DNA of 64,000 bases, taken from assembly GCA_040752575.1 (NCBI GenBank), contig JBFMGK010000029.1, positions 1-64,000 of the forward strand, in the 5' to 3' direction. The notes beneath the pieces were generated by a model. That model was not told where the DNA came from, did no database searches, and worked only from the letters and a program-made list of their open reading frames with translations. The stretch comes from Candidatus Bipolaricaulota bacterium (lineage in GTDB: Bacteria > Bipolaricaulota > Bipolaricaulia > UBA7950 > UBA9294). A program made the translations under genes and the position numbers. Of this stretch, positions 39,061 through 47,667 are shown piece after piece. The stretch's first letter is position 1, and each line of letters opens with the position of its first letter.

Positions 39061-39720
39061 CTAGCGGGCGCGCGATCCGAAGCGCGCCGCGTAATCCTCC
39101 GAGAACGACTGCGCGGCCGCTTCGACAGCGGGATTCGCGCAGATCTTCCAGATGACCGACGACTGAACCGCCGCGAAGTGGGCGCCGGCCCTCCAGGCGA
39201 GCGAGAGCTCTTCCGGGGTGCGGACGCTTGCCGCGATGACCTCAGCCGGCAGGCTGCGGTCGCGGATCAGATCGACGATCTCGCCAACGACGCGGCAACC
39301 ATCTCCGCCGATGTCCGAGATCCGCGCCATGTACGGCGCAAGATACCGGGCGCCGGCAAGCGTCGCCAAGAGGGCTTCGTTCGAGGCGCAGATGGCCGTT
39401 GCCGTGACAGTGACTCCCTGGCGTGAGAGACGGTGGATTGCCTGGATCCCCGCTGCGGTGACGGGAACCTTCACGACGACTCGCTGGGCATCGATCGCCG
39501 CGAGTTCGGAGCCTTCCGCGACCATGGCATCGGCGGCGATCCCCGAGACCTGGACGAAGACACGATCCGGTACGATCCGGAGGATTGCGCGGACCATCTC
39601 CGGAGAAGGGACGCCGGCGTCCGCAACGAGCGACGGGTTTCCTGCGACGCCGCTGAAGACACCGAGTGCATACGAGCGCTCAATGTCCTTCAGATCGGCG
39701 GAGATGAGAATGAGCTTCAT
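39061..39720 (-). CDS. Fructose-6-phosphate aldolase (FSA)-like protein with altered motifs
   Basis: GVAGNPS, FVQV, VVKVPVT (Schiff Lys), APYMAR, AASVR; ATGA overlap. Confidence 0.85.
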   Translation of the reverse strand: MKLILISADLKDIERSYALGVFSGVAGNPSLVADAGVPSPEMVRAILRIVPDRVFVQVSGIAADAMVAEGSELAAIDAQRVVVKVPVTAAGIQAIHRLSRQGVTVTATAICASNEALLATLAGARYLAPYMARISDIGGDGCRVVGEIVDLIRDRSLPAEVIAASVRTPEELSLAWRAGAHFAAVQSSVIWKICANPAVEAAAQSFSEDYAARFGSRAR

Positions 39721-40076
39721 GTGGATCCTCCGCGATGTGCCTCGATGGCATCTAGGACGAGGCCCATGTGGGCAAGTGCCGGGCCGCCATCCATGATTAC
39801 GGCGACCAGAGCCGCCTCCTGGATCTCGGCAGGCGACGCGCCCTGAGCGAGCGCGGCCTTGACATGATACGAGATGCAGCGCTCGCATCCTTTGACGATC
39901 GAGATGGCGACGGCCGTCAGCTCCTTCTGACGCCGCGACAGGGCTCCGTCGGCGTGGGCCGCGGCCGTGAAACGCCGCCATGCCGAAAGGGTGGGCCCGG
40001 CCTCGGATCGAGAGAGCCGGTCCATCGCCTCGGCCAACTCGTCCGTGGCCGCTCTCATGGCTTGTACGTGGCTCAT
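39717..40076 (-). CDS. Carboxymuconolactone decarboxylase / AhpD-like protein
   Basis: GALSRRQKEL, CERCISYH, EIQEA...MDGGPA. Confidence 0.88.
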   Translation of the reverse strand: MSHVQAMRAATDELAEAMDRLSRSEAGPTLSAWRRFTAAAHADGALSRRQKELTAVAISIVKGCERCISYHVKAALAQGASPAEIQEAALVAVIMDGGPALAHMGLVLDAIEAHRGGST

Positions 40077-40783
40077 TACGGCGCTCCTTCCAGTGGAAGC
40101 GACAGGATCCCGCGTTTCGCGAGTACGGCGACCCGTTCCGCGCCAGCTCGGTGCAGCTGGTCCACTTCGGCCCACGACGTAGCGCCGCCGACGGCCTTGA
40201 CGCGCAGTCCTGGGGGCACCAGTCCGACGAGATCTCGAACCGCAGTGGCCGAGGCGGCCCCGACGGTCTCAGGCTGGGTAGAAACGAGTCGGAATCCGAT
40301 TGTGTTGGAGACAAAAGAGTAGCCCGCGTCCAGTGCAATGGCACAAGTGCGTCGGAGGGTTTCCGCGTCGAGCGCTGTCGCTTCGAGGACGAGTTTGAGC
40401 GTCGCCCCGCGGGCCGATCGGGCGATCTGATCGAGTTCGGCGCGCGTCGTCTCCCAGCGCTGGGAGCGGAGACTCGCAAAGTGCGGAACGATCTCCAGTT
40501 CCGTCGCCCCCGCTTCGACGGCCGCGGCAGCCTCCACGGCTTTAACAGACGGACTCTGGGTGCCAAAGGGGTACGAGATGGGGCAAGAGACCGCTACGCG
40601 GCCGCGGAGCGCGCGGACCGCGGCTCGGACCAGGGCCGACGGCACGACGACGGCCCGCAGCGGGAAGCCGAGCGCTTCCATGCAGAGCACCTCGACGTCG
40701 TCGTAGGTGATCTCTTTGCGGAGGTCTGTGTAGTCTACGAGACGGCAGGCGTTGGGGGCCTGCCCAGGGGATGAAGAGCTCAT
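40076..40783 (-). CDS. DeoC (DERA)-fold protein B, lacks Schiff-base Lys
   Basis: VDYTDL, YPFG, GATELEIV, LKLVLE, FVSNTIG (K replaced by S), VKAVGG. Confidence 0.78.
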   Translation of the reverse strand: MSSSSPGQAPNACRLVDYTDLRKEITYDDVEVLCMEALGFPLRAVVVPSALVRAAVRALRGRVAVSCPISYPFGTQSPSVKAVEAAAAVEAGATELEIVPHFASLRSQRWETTRAELDQIARSARGATLKLVLEATALDAETLRRTCAIALDAGYSFVSNTIGFRLVSTQPETVGAASATAVRDLVGLVPPGLRVKAVGGATSWAEVDQLHRAGAERVAVLAKRGILSLPLEGAP

Positions 40784-41484
40784 GACCAGTGCTCCTTCGC
40801 CTCGTCGAGGATGTCGAAGATGGGGCTGGCGTGGATGTGGTCCGTGCCGACGGCGAAGTACCCGAGGGCCTCCTCGAGCGTACGGACCCCGCCCGACACG
40901 TCGATCGTGAACGTCGAGCCGAAGACGCGGCGAACCAAGAGGACATGCTCGATCTGCGTGTTCCATCCGTACCCGGAGGACGTCTTGATGCCGGAGACCC
41001 CGGCGCGCGCAAACGCCTCGAGGGTTCGCAACAGCTCGTCGCTCGTGAGAATCGCCGTCTCGGGCACGACCATCATCTGGATGCGATCCCCCGCTGCGCC
41101 GACCATGGCTCGCGCGTCCTCTTCCACCTCGTCGAATCTGCCTGACTTCGCGGCATAGAAGGCGGATCCAATGTCGATCTCGTCAGCGCCGAGGCGTATC
41201 CCTTCGCGAATCGCAGCGACCTTGGCCTCTGTGGACCAGTTGCCCACCGGATACGCTGCCTCGACGCCGACGCGTATGCCCTGGGAAGCGAGGATCTCGC
41301 GCGCGAGAGAAACCCAAGGCTGGTCGACGAAGATGGCATTCACAGGCGGATACGTTGCGAACCCGTGGAGGAAGGCGCGGGCTTCGCCCTCCGCTGCGGC
41401 GGGAGAGAACGTCGCGCTCATCATCCGGGCCGCAAACGACGCGAGGTTCTGCGGGGGACGGTTTCCGTCTTCCGTTCTGCCCAT
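40780..41484 (-). CDS. DeoC (DERA)-fold protein A, keeps Schiff-base Lys
   Basis: YPVG...K, GADEID, MMVVPET, IKTSSG, IDVSGGVR. Confidence 0.8.
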   Translation of the reverse strand: MGRTEDGNRPPQNLASFAARMMSATFSPAAAEGEARAFLHGFATYPPVNAIFVDQPWVSLAREILASQGIRVGVEAAYPVGNWSTEAKVAAIREGIRLGADEIDIGSAFYAAKSGRFDEVEEDARAMVGAAGDRIQMMVVPETAILTSDELLRTLEAFARAGVSGIKTSSGYGWNTQIEHVLLVRRVFGSTFTIDVSGGVRTLEEALGYFAVGTDHIHASPIFDILDEAKEHWS

Positions 41485-41506
41485 TCTGCTCCTCTCCAAG
41501 GCCCCG

Positions 41507-43033
41507 CTAGCGTAGGGCCGCTTGCAGGGGGGCCAGTTCGTCAAAGACCGGTTCGAGGGCGCGATAGGCCTGCTCGAAGGCCGGACCGAGCTTTCGGTAT
41601 GCGGATACGTCGTCGGGATGCGGCTCCTCGGTGAGGGCGACGGGACAGAGTTGATCCACGATCCGGAAGTCGTCAAACACTCCGGTTCCGACGCCGGCGC
41701 AGACGGCCGCGCCGAGGGAAGTCGCGAACTCGCCGCTCTCGAGACAGCGGATGGGTAGCCCGAGAACGCCCGCCAACACGCGACGCAAGACCGGGTTGCG
41801 GATGCCTCCGCCGATCATCCGCAGAGAGCGCAGCGGCGCGCCCTGTTCGGTGAGCGCGCGGAAGATCAGGAGTAAGTTGAACGCCACGCCCTCGAGAACG
41901 GCGCGCACCATATCCTCTACACCATGGCTTCGCGCAAGGCCGACGAATGCGCCGCGGGCGTTCTCGTTCCAATGGGGGCTGCGCTCGCCAATCAGGTACG
42001 GCAGGAAGAGAACCCCATGCGAGCCGGCGGGACTGGCCGCGGCCCAAGCATTGAGCCGCGCGTAGCTGTCGTCCGCCGACGTGCCCGATCCGGGCGGAAA
42101 CAGGATCTCACGGATCCAGTCGTACGACCCTCCGGCGCTCTGCATCGTGCCGACCGGCATGTAGAGGTCGGGAACAAGATGGCAAAGGTTGAAGATCCGC
42201 ATCTCGGGGTCGATCACCGGGCGGTCGGTCGCGATTGCAATCCACGATGACGATCCGAAGTAGTTGTAGCCTTCGCCGGCGGAGATCACGCCGGCTCCGA
42301 CAGTTGCGCAGGAGCCATCTCCTCCGCCGATGACGACGGGGACTCCGGACAGGTCTACGCCGTCGGCCTGGCGTACCTTGCCGACGACCTGCGTCGAGGG
42401 AACGGTTCGCGGGAAGAGGCGCCGCGGGATGTCGGCCGCGGCGAGGATTTCGTCGCTCCAATCCTTCTTCTGCAGGTCGTAGGCGTTCGTCGCGGAGGCG
42501 TCGGACGGATCGGTCACCGTCTCGCCGGTCAGCCGCGCGACGACGTAATCCTTGGATTGCAGGACGGCGCGCGTCTTTGCGTAAACGTCCGGCTCTCGGT
42601 CGCGCAACCACATGAGTTTCTCGAGCGTGTAATTCGGGTTCGGCCTTGTGCCGGTGATTTCGTACACGGCCCTCTGCGAAAGCTTGCCAAGAAGCTGGCG
42701 CGTCTGATCTCCGGCGCGTTGGTCGGCCCAGATGATCGCCCGGCGCAGCGCGCGTCCGTTCTGGTCGACCGGCACGCAGCCCATCATGTGTCCGCTGAAA
42801 CTCATCCCGGCGACGGCCGTCTTGCCGACTCCGGCCTTCTGCAGTACAGCCGACGACGCACGACACACGGCGGCCCACCAGGATTCGGGATCCTGCTCGA
42901 CCCAACCGGGCTGATCGTAGAACGTTGGATAGCTTTCAAACGCAGACGCTACGAGAGTTCCCGCCTCGTCGAACAGAGTCGCCTTGTTCCCCGTCGTGCC
43001 GAGGTCGTGCGCCAGCAGATAGGCCTTGGGCAT
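41507..43033 (-). CDS. FGGY family carbohydrate kinase (xylulokinase-like)
   Basis: HDLGTTGNK, WADQR, GGGDG, PYLIGERSPHW, RAVLEGV. Confidence 0.92.
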   Translation of the reverse strand: MPKAYLLAHDLGTTGNKATLFDEAGTLVASAFESYPTFYDQPGWVEQDPESWWAAVCRASSAVLQKAGVGKTAVAGMSFSGHMMGCVPVDQNGRALRRAIIWADQRAGDQTRQLLGKLSQRAVYEITGTRPNPNYTLEKLMWLRDREPDVYAKTRAVLQSKDYVVARLTGETVTDPSDASATNAYDLQKKDWSDEILAAADIPRRLFPRTVPSTQVVGKVRQADGVDLSGVPVVIGGGDGSCATVGAGVISAGEGYNYFGSSSWIAIATDRPVIDPEMRIFNLCHLVPDLYMPVGTMQSAGGSYDWIREILFPPGSGTSADDSYARLNAWAAASPAGSHGVLFLPYLIGERSPHWNENARGAFVGLARSHGVEDMVRAVLEGVAFNLLLIFRALTEQGAPLRSLRMIGGGIRNPVLRRVLAGVLGLPIRCLESGEFATSLGAAVCAGVGTGVFDDFRIVDQLCPVALTEEPHPDDVSAYRKLGPAFEQAYRALEPVFDELAPLQAALR

Positions 43034-43052
43034 TCCGCCTCCTCTTAGCTGT

Positions 43053-44090
43053 CTAGCCTGCGAGGTTGACCGTGACCTTGATCCCCTTCTGAGAGGTGAT
43101 CAGGTCAACGCCCTTCGAGAAGTCCTCCATCCTCGGGATGACGTGCGTCACGAACTCGCCCAGATTCAGAGCGCCGGACTCCACGAGCGAGATGACCTCT
43201 CGGTGCACGGCCGCCTCGTCTTGGAACGTGGGCCACTGGACGAAGTGGATGGCCCAGTTGTACGGGGCTTCCTTCCAGTCGACCTCGGCGTTCGTCTGCG
43301 CGGCGATTCCGTACACGCCGACTTTCCCGTTGAACTTCACGAGCTTGAGGCTGTCGGTCATGAGTCGGTTGATGCCGACCGCGTCGATGACCAGATCAAA
43401 TCCGTCCGGGCGCAGGGCCTTGGCCTTCGCCACGAGATCTTCGGACTTGGGGTCAATGGCCAAGTCGGCGCCAAGGCGGACTGCACGCTCGCGGCGATCA
43501 GGATTCGGCTCGCTGACGACAATGGGAGAAGCGCCGCGCAGCTTGGCGAGGCGCACCATCGACAGCCCGACCGGGCCTGTGCCATGGATGAGTAGCGCCT
43601 GATTGCGCGCGACGCCGAAACGGTCGAGGCCGGACATGACCTCCTTCAGGGTGATCAGCATGACGGCTTGATGAGGGTCGAAGGACGCGGGGACGATCTG
43701 CTGGGCAAGGTAGATGTCGTAGAAGTCGCTGCGCCCGTCGCGCTTCATCGCCTCGATGTCTCCGACCACGCCGTACTCCGCGAAGCTGCCCCATCCCGAC
43801 GCGTACCGCTCGTCTTCGACTTTCTCAAGGATCGAACGAAGGACGAGATCGCTGGGCTTGAACGACGTCACGCGCCGGCCGATCTCGACGACCCGGCCCA
43901 CGCTCTCGTGCCCGAGCACCGCAGGATAGGTGTCGAAGCCTTTGAACTGCCCGTGGATGAGCTTGAGGTCCGTCCCATTGCAGATTCCGCAGCTCAGGTT
44001 CTGGACCAGCGCCTGGTAGTCTCCGATCGTCGGCTTTGGCAGCTGCTCCACTTTCAGCGTTCCATCTCGGTATACGACGACGCCCTTCAT
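43053..44090 (-). CDS. Zinc-binding (MDR) polyol/sugar dehydrogenase
   Basis: CGICNGTD, LGHESVG, GTGPVG; no structural-zinc cysteine loop. Confidence 0.88.
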   Translation of the reverse strand: MKGVVVYRDGTLKVEQLPKPTIGDYQALVQNLSCGICNGTDLKLIHGQFKGFDTYPAVLGHESVGRVVEIGRRVTSFKPSDLVLRSILEKVEDERYASGWGSFAEYGVVGDIEAMKRDGRSDFYDIYLAQQIVPASFDPHQAVMLITLKEVMSGLDRFGVARNQALLIHGTGPVGLSMVRLAKLRGASPIVVSEPNPDRRERAVRLGADLAIDPKSEDLVAKAKALRPDGFDLVIDAVGINRLMTDSLKLVKFNGKVGVYGIAAQTNAEVDWKEAPYNWAIHFVQWPTFQDEAAVHREVISLVESGALNLGEFVTHVIPRMEDFSKGVDLITSQKGIKVTVNLAG

Positions 44091-44142
44091 AAATCTCCCC
44101 CTTTCTTCTGTGCGAACCGACCGGCGAGGCCCCGTGAGGCAG

Positions 44143-45573
44143 CTACCACGTACGAAGCTGGAGGTGGTTGCGGTACGGGACCTTGTCGAGCGGGATCACG
44201 TCCATCCACGCCGCGAACTCCATCACGGCATCGCTGAGATCGCCCATGGCCAGCGGGAAGTGGTGTTCAAAGCCGTTGACCATGACCGTGTTCACGAGCT
44301 CCATTGCGCTGGCGGGTTCCTGGCCGTTGATGCGGAACCCTGTTGCCCATCCGCGCGTGCCCCGGGGACTCGGCTTGCGAGATCCGAGGGTCTCTCCGGT
44401 TGCCAGCAGCAGGCGGTTGCCGCCGTCGGTCAGCCGCATGAGCGTGAACGGGGTTGCTTTGAGGACGGCGTCGAACGCAGCGGGGGCTGGCCTCACCTCG
44501 CCCGCGTCGTCAGCCGCTTGGATGAGCGTATGCCGGCACTGAACGCACGACTCGGTCCAGCACGGGTGGCCGACGCCGCAATGCCAGAGGAGGATGGAGT
44601 CGTCCGACGGGTCGAGTGCGGACAGGTCCATGAGCACGGGGCGGTCTCCGCCCATGGCCTTGAGAATCGCCATGGAGATGGCGCTCGGGATGTCGCCCTC
44701 GCAGGCCGCGACGCGGCCGCTCTCGTTCAGCCGTCCCAACGTGGTGCACGCCGTGAGGCCGTAAGCCGCCTGGAAGTGGGGCCAACAGGCGATGCCCACC
44801 CCTGAGTACCCGTGTTCGTCCATGAGCCGCTCAAAGACGGCGTAGACGCGGGCGAGCTTGATGAACTCCTCGTCCGAGATCCCCTGGCTGGGGACCTCGC
44901 GCCGAAGCGAGGTTGCGAGTCGCTGCGCTTCGGCCTTGGGCAGAGCCTCGGCCTGAGCGAGCAGCTCCGTGAGTTCATGACGCTCCACCGTGACGTTGAA
45001 CTTGGATCGCAAGCGGCCGTCATTCCAGTACACGTCGTAGTAACCCTCCGGCGTGCCCCCGATGTTGGCGAACTTCGAGCCGTCGAGGAACTTCTTGGCG
45101 CGAAGCGCCTTGACGGTGGGTGCGAAGCGATCGAGGAACGACGGATCGTCAGCCAACCCATAGTACCACTTGTACTTGGCGCCCCGCTCGGCCAGATACG
45201 TGCCCAGGATGCCGGCGTAAAGGTTGGCGCCGCACAGCGAGTTGAGCAGAAGGGGGCCCTCGGTCTCCGGCTCGGGGACGGCCCAGAGGCCGAGCGGAAG
45301 CCCCAGGTCGGCAAAGGTTGCGACGATCTCTCCTGCAGCGAACGCGCAGGATTGGATGAGCACCATGTCGACGTGGGCGCGTTCCAGTTCGGCACGGAAC
45401 GCGGTGCACGTGCCGACGTCGTTCGTCGCCTCGGGAGCTGCCACGAGGTCGAAACCCCAGGTCGCCCCCAAGGCGCGAAGCGACGCTACCGAGTCGCGGT
45501 AGATCTTCTTCGAGAGTTCTTCGCTGAAGCAGTCGTACCAGACGCCGGCGAACCCGATCCTCAGCTTCTCCAT
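44143..45573 (-). CDS. L-fucose/L-arabinose isomerase family protein
   Basis: NSLCG, IACWP, ACEGD, WHCG, FEHHF. Confidence 0.85.
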   Translation of the reverse strand: MEKLRIGFAGVWYDCFSEELSKKIYRDSVASLRALGATWGFDLVAAPEATNDVGTCTAFRAELERAHVDMVLIQSCAFAAGEIVATFADLGLPLGLWAVPEPETEGPLLLNSLCGANLYAGILGTYLAERGAKYKWYYGLADDPSFLDRFAPTVKALRAKKFLDGSKFANIGGTPEGYYDVYWNDGRLRSKFNVTVERHELTELLAQAEALPKAEAQRLATSLRREVPSQGISDEEFIKLARVYAVFERLMDEHGYSGVGIACWPHFQAAYGLTACTTLGRLNESGRVAACEGDIPSAISMAILKAMGGDRPVLMDLSALDPSDDSILLWHCGVGHPCWTESCVQCRHTLIQAADDAGEVRPAPAAFDAVLKATPFTLMRLTDGGNRLLLATGETLGSRKPSPRGTRGWATGFRINGQEPASAMELVNTVMVNGFEHHFPLAMGDLSDAVMEFAAWMDVIPLDKVPYRNHLQLRTW

Positions 45574-45617
45574 GTGGACGTTCTCCTTCCCCGTGCTCGC
45601 GAGGGCCAACGTGCCCC

Positions 45618-46607
45618 CTAGGCGGTCTTCCGTTGACGCAAGCGATCGATGACCACGGCCGTGACCACGAGAGCGCCGATCAGGATCTGCTGATAGAACG
45701 GCGACACGCCGATGAGGTTCGCCCCATTCCGGAGCACGCCGAGGAAGAGGGCGCCGATGAGCGTTCCAACCATTCCCCCGCGGCCGCCGAAGAAGCTCGT
45801 CCCCCCGATGACCACGGCGGAAATCACGTCCAGCTCCCAACCCGTGGCGGCTGCGGGCCACGCGGACCGAGTTCGAGACGCGAGGATGATCCCCGCGAAG
45901 CCGGCGAGCGTGCTACAGATCACGAAGTTCACGATACGGTAGCGGTCGACCTTGATGCCCGAGAGGCGCGCCGCTTCTTGGTTCCCTCCGATAGCATAGA
46001 CGGCTCGGCCAAAGGGGGTTCGCGTGAGGACTAGGTATCCTAGGACCATGAAGACGGCAAAGATGATGACCGGGACGGGAATCGGACCGACCATGCCGCC
46101 GCCCAGGACGCCGAACGACTTGGGGAGGTTGCCGATCGACAAGCCCTTCGTGTAGACGAGGGCCAATCCCCTGGCGATCGACATCATCCCTAGCGAGACC
46201 ACGAAGGAATGGACCTTCGCCTTCGTGATGATGATCCCCATCACCCATCCCATGAGCGCGGCGATGGGCAGGGGGACGAGAATCGCTGCGAGAGGCGGCA
46301 AGCCCTGTCTCACCATGAGTCCGGCCGTCAGGGCGCCGCAGACTCCCGCGACAGAGCCGACCGAGAGGTCGATGTCCGCCGACAGGATCACGAACGTCAT
46401 TCCCACGGACATGATCCCGATCATCGAGACCTGGCGGATGACGTTGAAGATGTTGTCCACGCTGAGGAAGACGGGGCGAATGCTGGCGATAATGACGCAG
46501 ACCAGAAGAAAGATGAAGAGGATGCTGTATTCCCGTACGACCGTCTGCCACGAGCGCTTCGCCAGACCTCTGAGTCGCCGGATCAACGTATCGTCCGTCT
46601 GTCCCAT
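45618..46607 (-). CDS. Sugar ABC transporter permease (RbsC-like)
   Basis: GMTFVILSADIDLSVGS, GRAVYAIGGNQEAARLSGI, WELDVISAVVIGGTS. Confidence 0.95.
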   Translation of the reverse strand: MGQTDDTLIRRLRGLAKRSWQTVVREYSILFIFLLVCVIIASIRPVFLSVDNIFNVIRQVSMIGIMSVGMTFVILSADIDLSVGSVAGVCGALTAGLMVRQGLPPLAAILVPLPIAALMGWVMGIIITKAKVHSFVVSLGMMSIARGLALVYTKGLSIGNLPKSFGVLGGGMVGPIPVPVIIFAVFMVLGYLVLTRTPFGRAVYAIGGNQEAARLSGIKVDRYRIVNFVICSTLAGFAGIILASRTRSAWPAAATGWELDVISAVVIGGTSFFGGRGGMVGTLIGALFLGVLRNGANLIGVSPFYQQILIGALVVTAVVIDRLRQRKTA

Positions 46608-46674
46608 CCCGTTTTCCCTTTCATTTCGCTTGCCGCCGCCCGTTTGCGGATTGAGCCATCCCAGAAGAACCGGC

Positions 46675-46707
46675 CGGGCGAGGGGTCCGCAAGGAGCCCC
46701 TCGCCCG
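46675..46707 (-). terminator. Stem-loop after the binding-protein gene (mRNA stabiliser or partial terminator)
   Basis: CGGGCGAGGGG (46675-46685) pairs with CCCCTCGCCCG (46697-46707) around TCC-GCAA-GGA. Confidence 0.6.
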
Positions 46708-46722
46708 CCTTTGCCTGTAAGT

Positions 46723-47667
46723 CTACAGCTCGTAGTTCATCTCGGCCTCGGTGGCAATGTTCGAGGGCACGAGCATCCACGGGAGAATGTCGTAGTCGAG
46801 CTTCTCCGGCAGAGTACCGTTGATCAGGTACTTCGCGAGCTGCTCCATGGCCAGACGAGCCATCTCGACCGGATACTGAATGGTCGCATCGAGCTCGCCG
46901 GCGAGCACGGCCGCGAGGCCGCCCGGCACGCCGTCGTAACCCACGACAATGACGTCGTCAAAGTTGATGCCGGCGTCGATCATCGCCTGAACGGCTCCGA
47001 GGGCGGAGTCATCGTTCGCCGCGATCACAGCGTCGAAGTCGCCGCCGGTGGCCGTGATCGCGTCTTCCATGACGCGCAGTCCTTCATCCGGCGAGAAACG
47101 GCCGCTCTGCTCGTAGACGATCTCGAGACCCGGGTAGTGAGCCAGCTGCTCCTTGACGCCGATCTCGCGGTTGATCGCCGGCGACGAGCCGAGCTCTCCG
47201 AGGATGTGAACGATCTTGCCTTCTCCGCCAAGCTTGGCGGCGACGTACTCGAGGGCAAGGCGTCCGCCGAAGATGTCGTCGGCGCCGACGTGGAACACCG
47301 TCGCGTCCTGGTTGAAAGCGCGGCGGTCAAACGTCGCCACGGGGATGCCCTTGGACGCCGCGTCCTCGATGACCGGCACGAGAACGTCGACGTTCAGCGG
47401 GTTGACCAGGATAGCGTCGACACCTTGGGCAATGAAGTTCTCCATGATCTCGACCTGTCGAGCGGCATCTCCCTGAGCGTTCTCGACGATGAGTTCGATC
47501 TCGGAGTACTTCGCCGCTTCGTCGACGATGGCCTGATAGGAGTAGGTCATCCACGTATAGGCGAGGGTCATGCAGGCAAAGCCCACCTTGTAGGTCGCCG
47601 CGGCGACGTTCAACACCGGAACGGCCACCAAGCCCACGACGAGCATAATCAACAACGCGCGTTTCAT
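46723..47667 (-). CDS. Sugar ABC transporter substrate-binding protein (RbsB-like)
   Basis: Signal peptide; QVEIMENFIAQGVDAIL, FDR, AANDDSALG, VGYDG, TIQYP. Confidence 0.92.
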   Translation of the reverse strand: MKRALLIMLVVGLVAVPVLNVAAATYKVGFACMTLAYTWMTYSYQAIVDEAAKYSEIELIVENAQGDAARQVEIMENFIAQGVDAILVNPLNVDVLVPVIEDAASKGIPVATFDRRAFNQDATVFHVGADDIFGGRLALEYVAAKLGGEGKIVHILGELGSSPAINREIGVKEQLAHYPGLEIVYEQSGRFSPDEGLRVMEDAITATGGDFDAVIAANDDSALGAVQAMIDAGINFDDVIVVGYDGVPGGLAAVLAGELDATIQYPVEMARLAMEQLAKYLINGTLPEKLDYDILPWMLVPSNIATEAEMNYEL

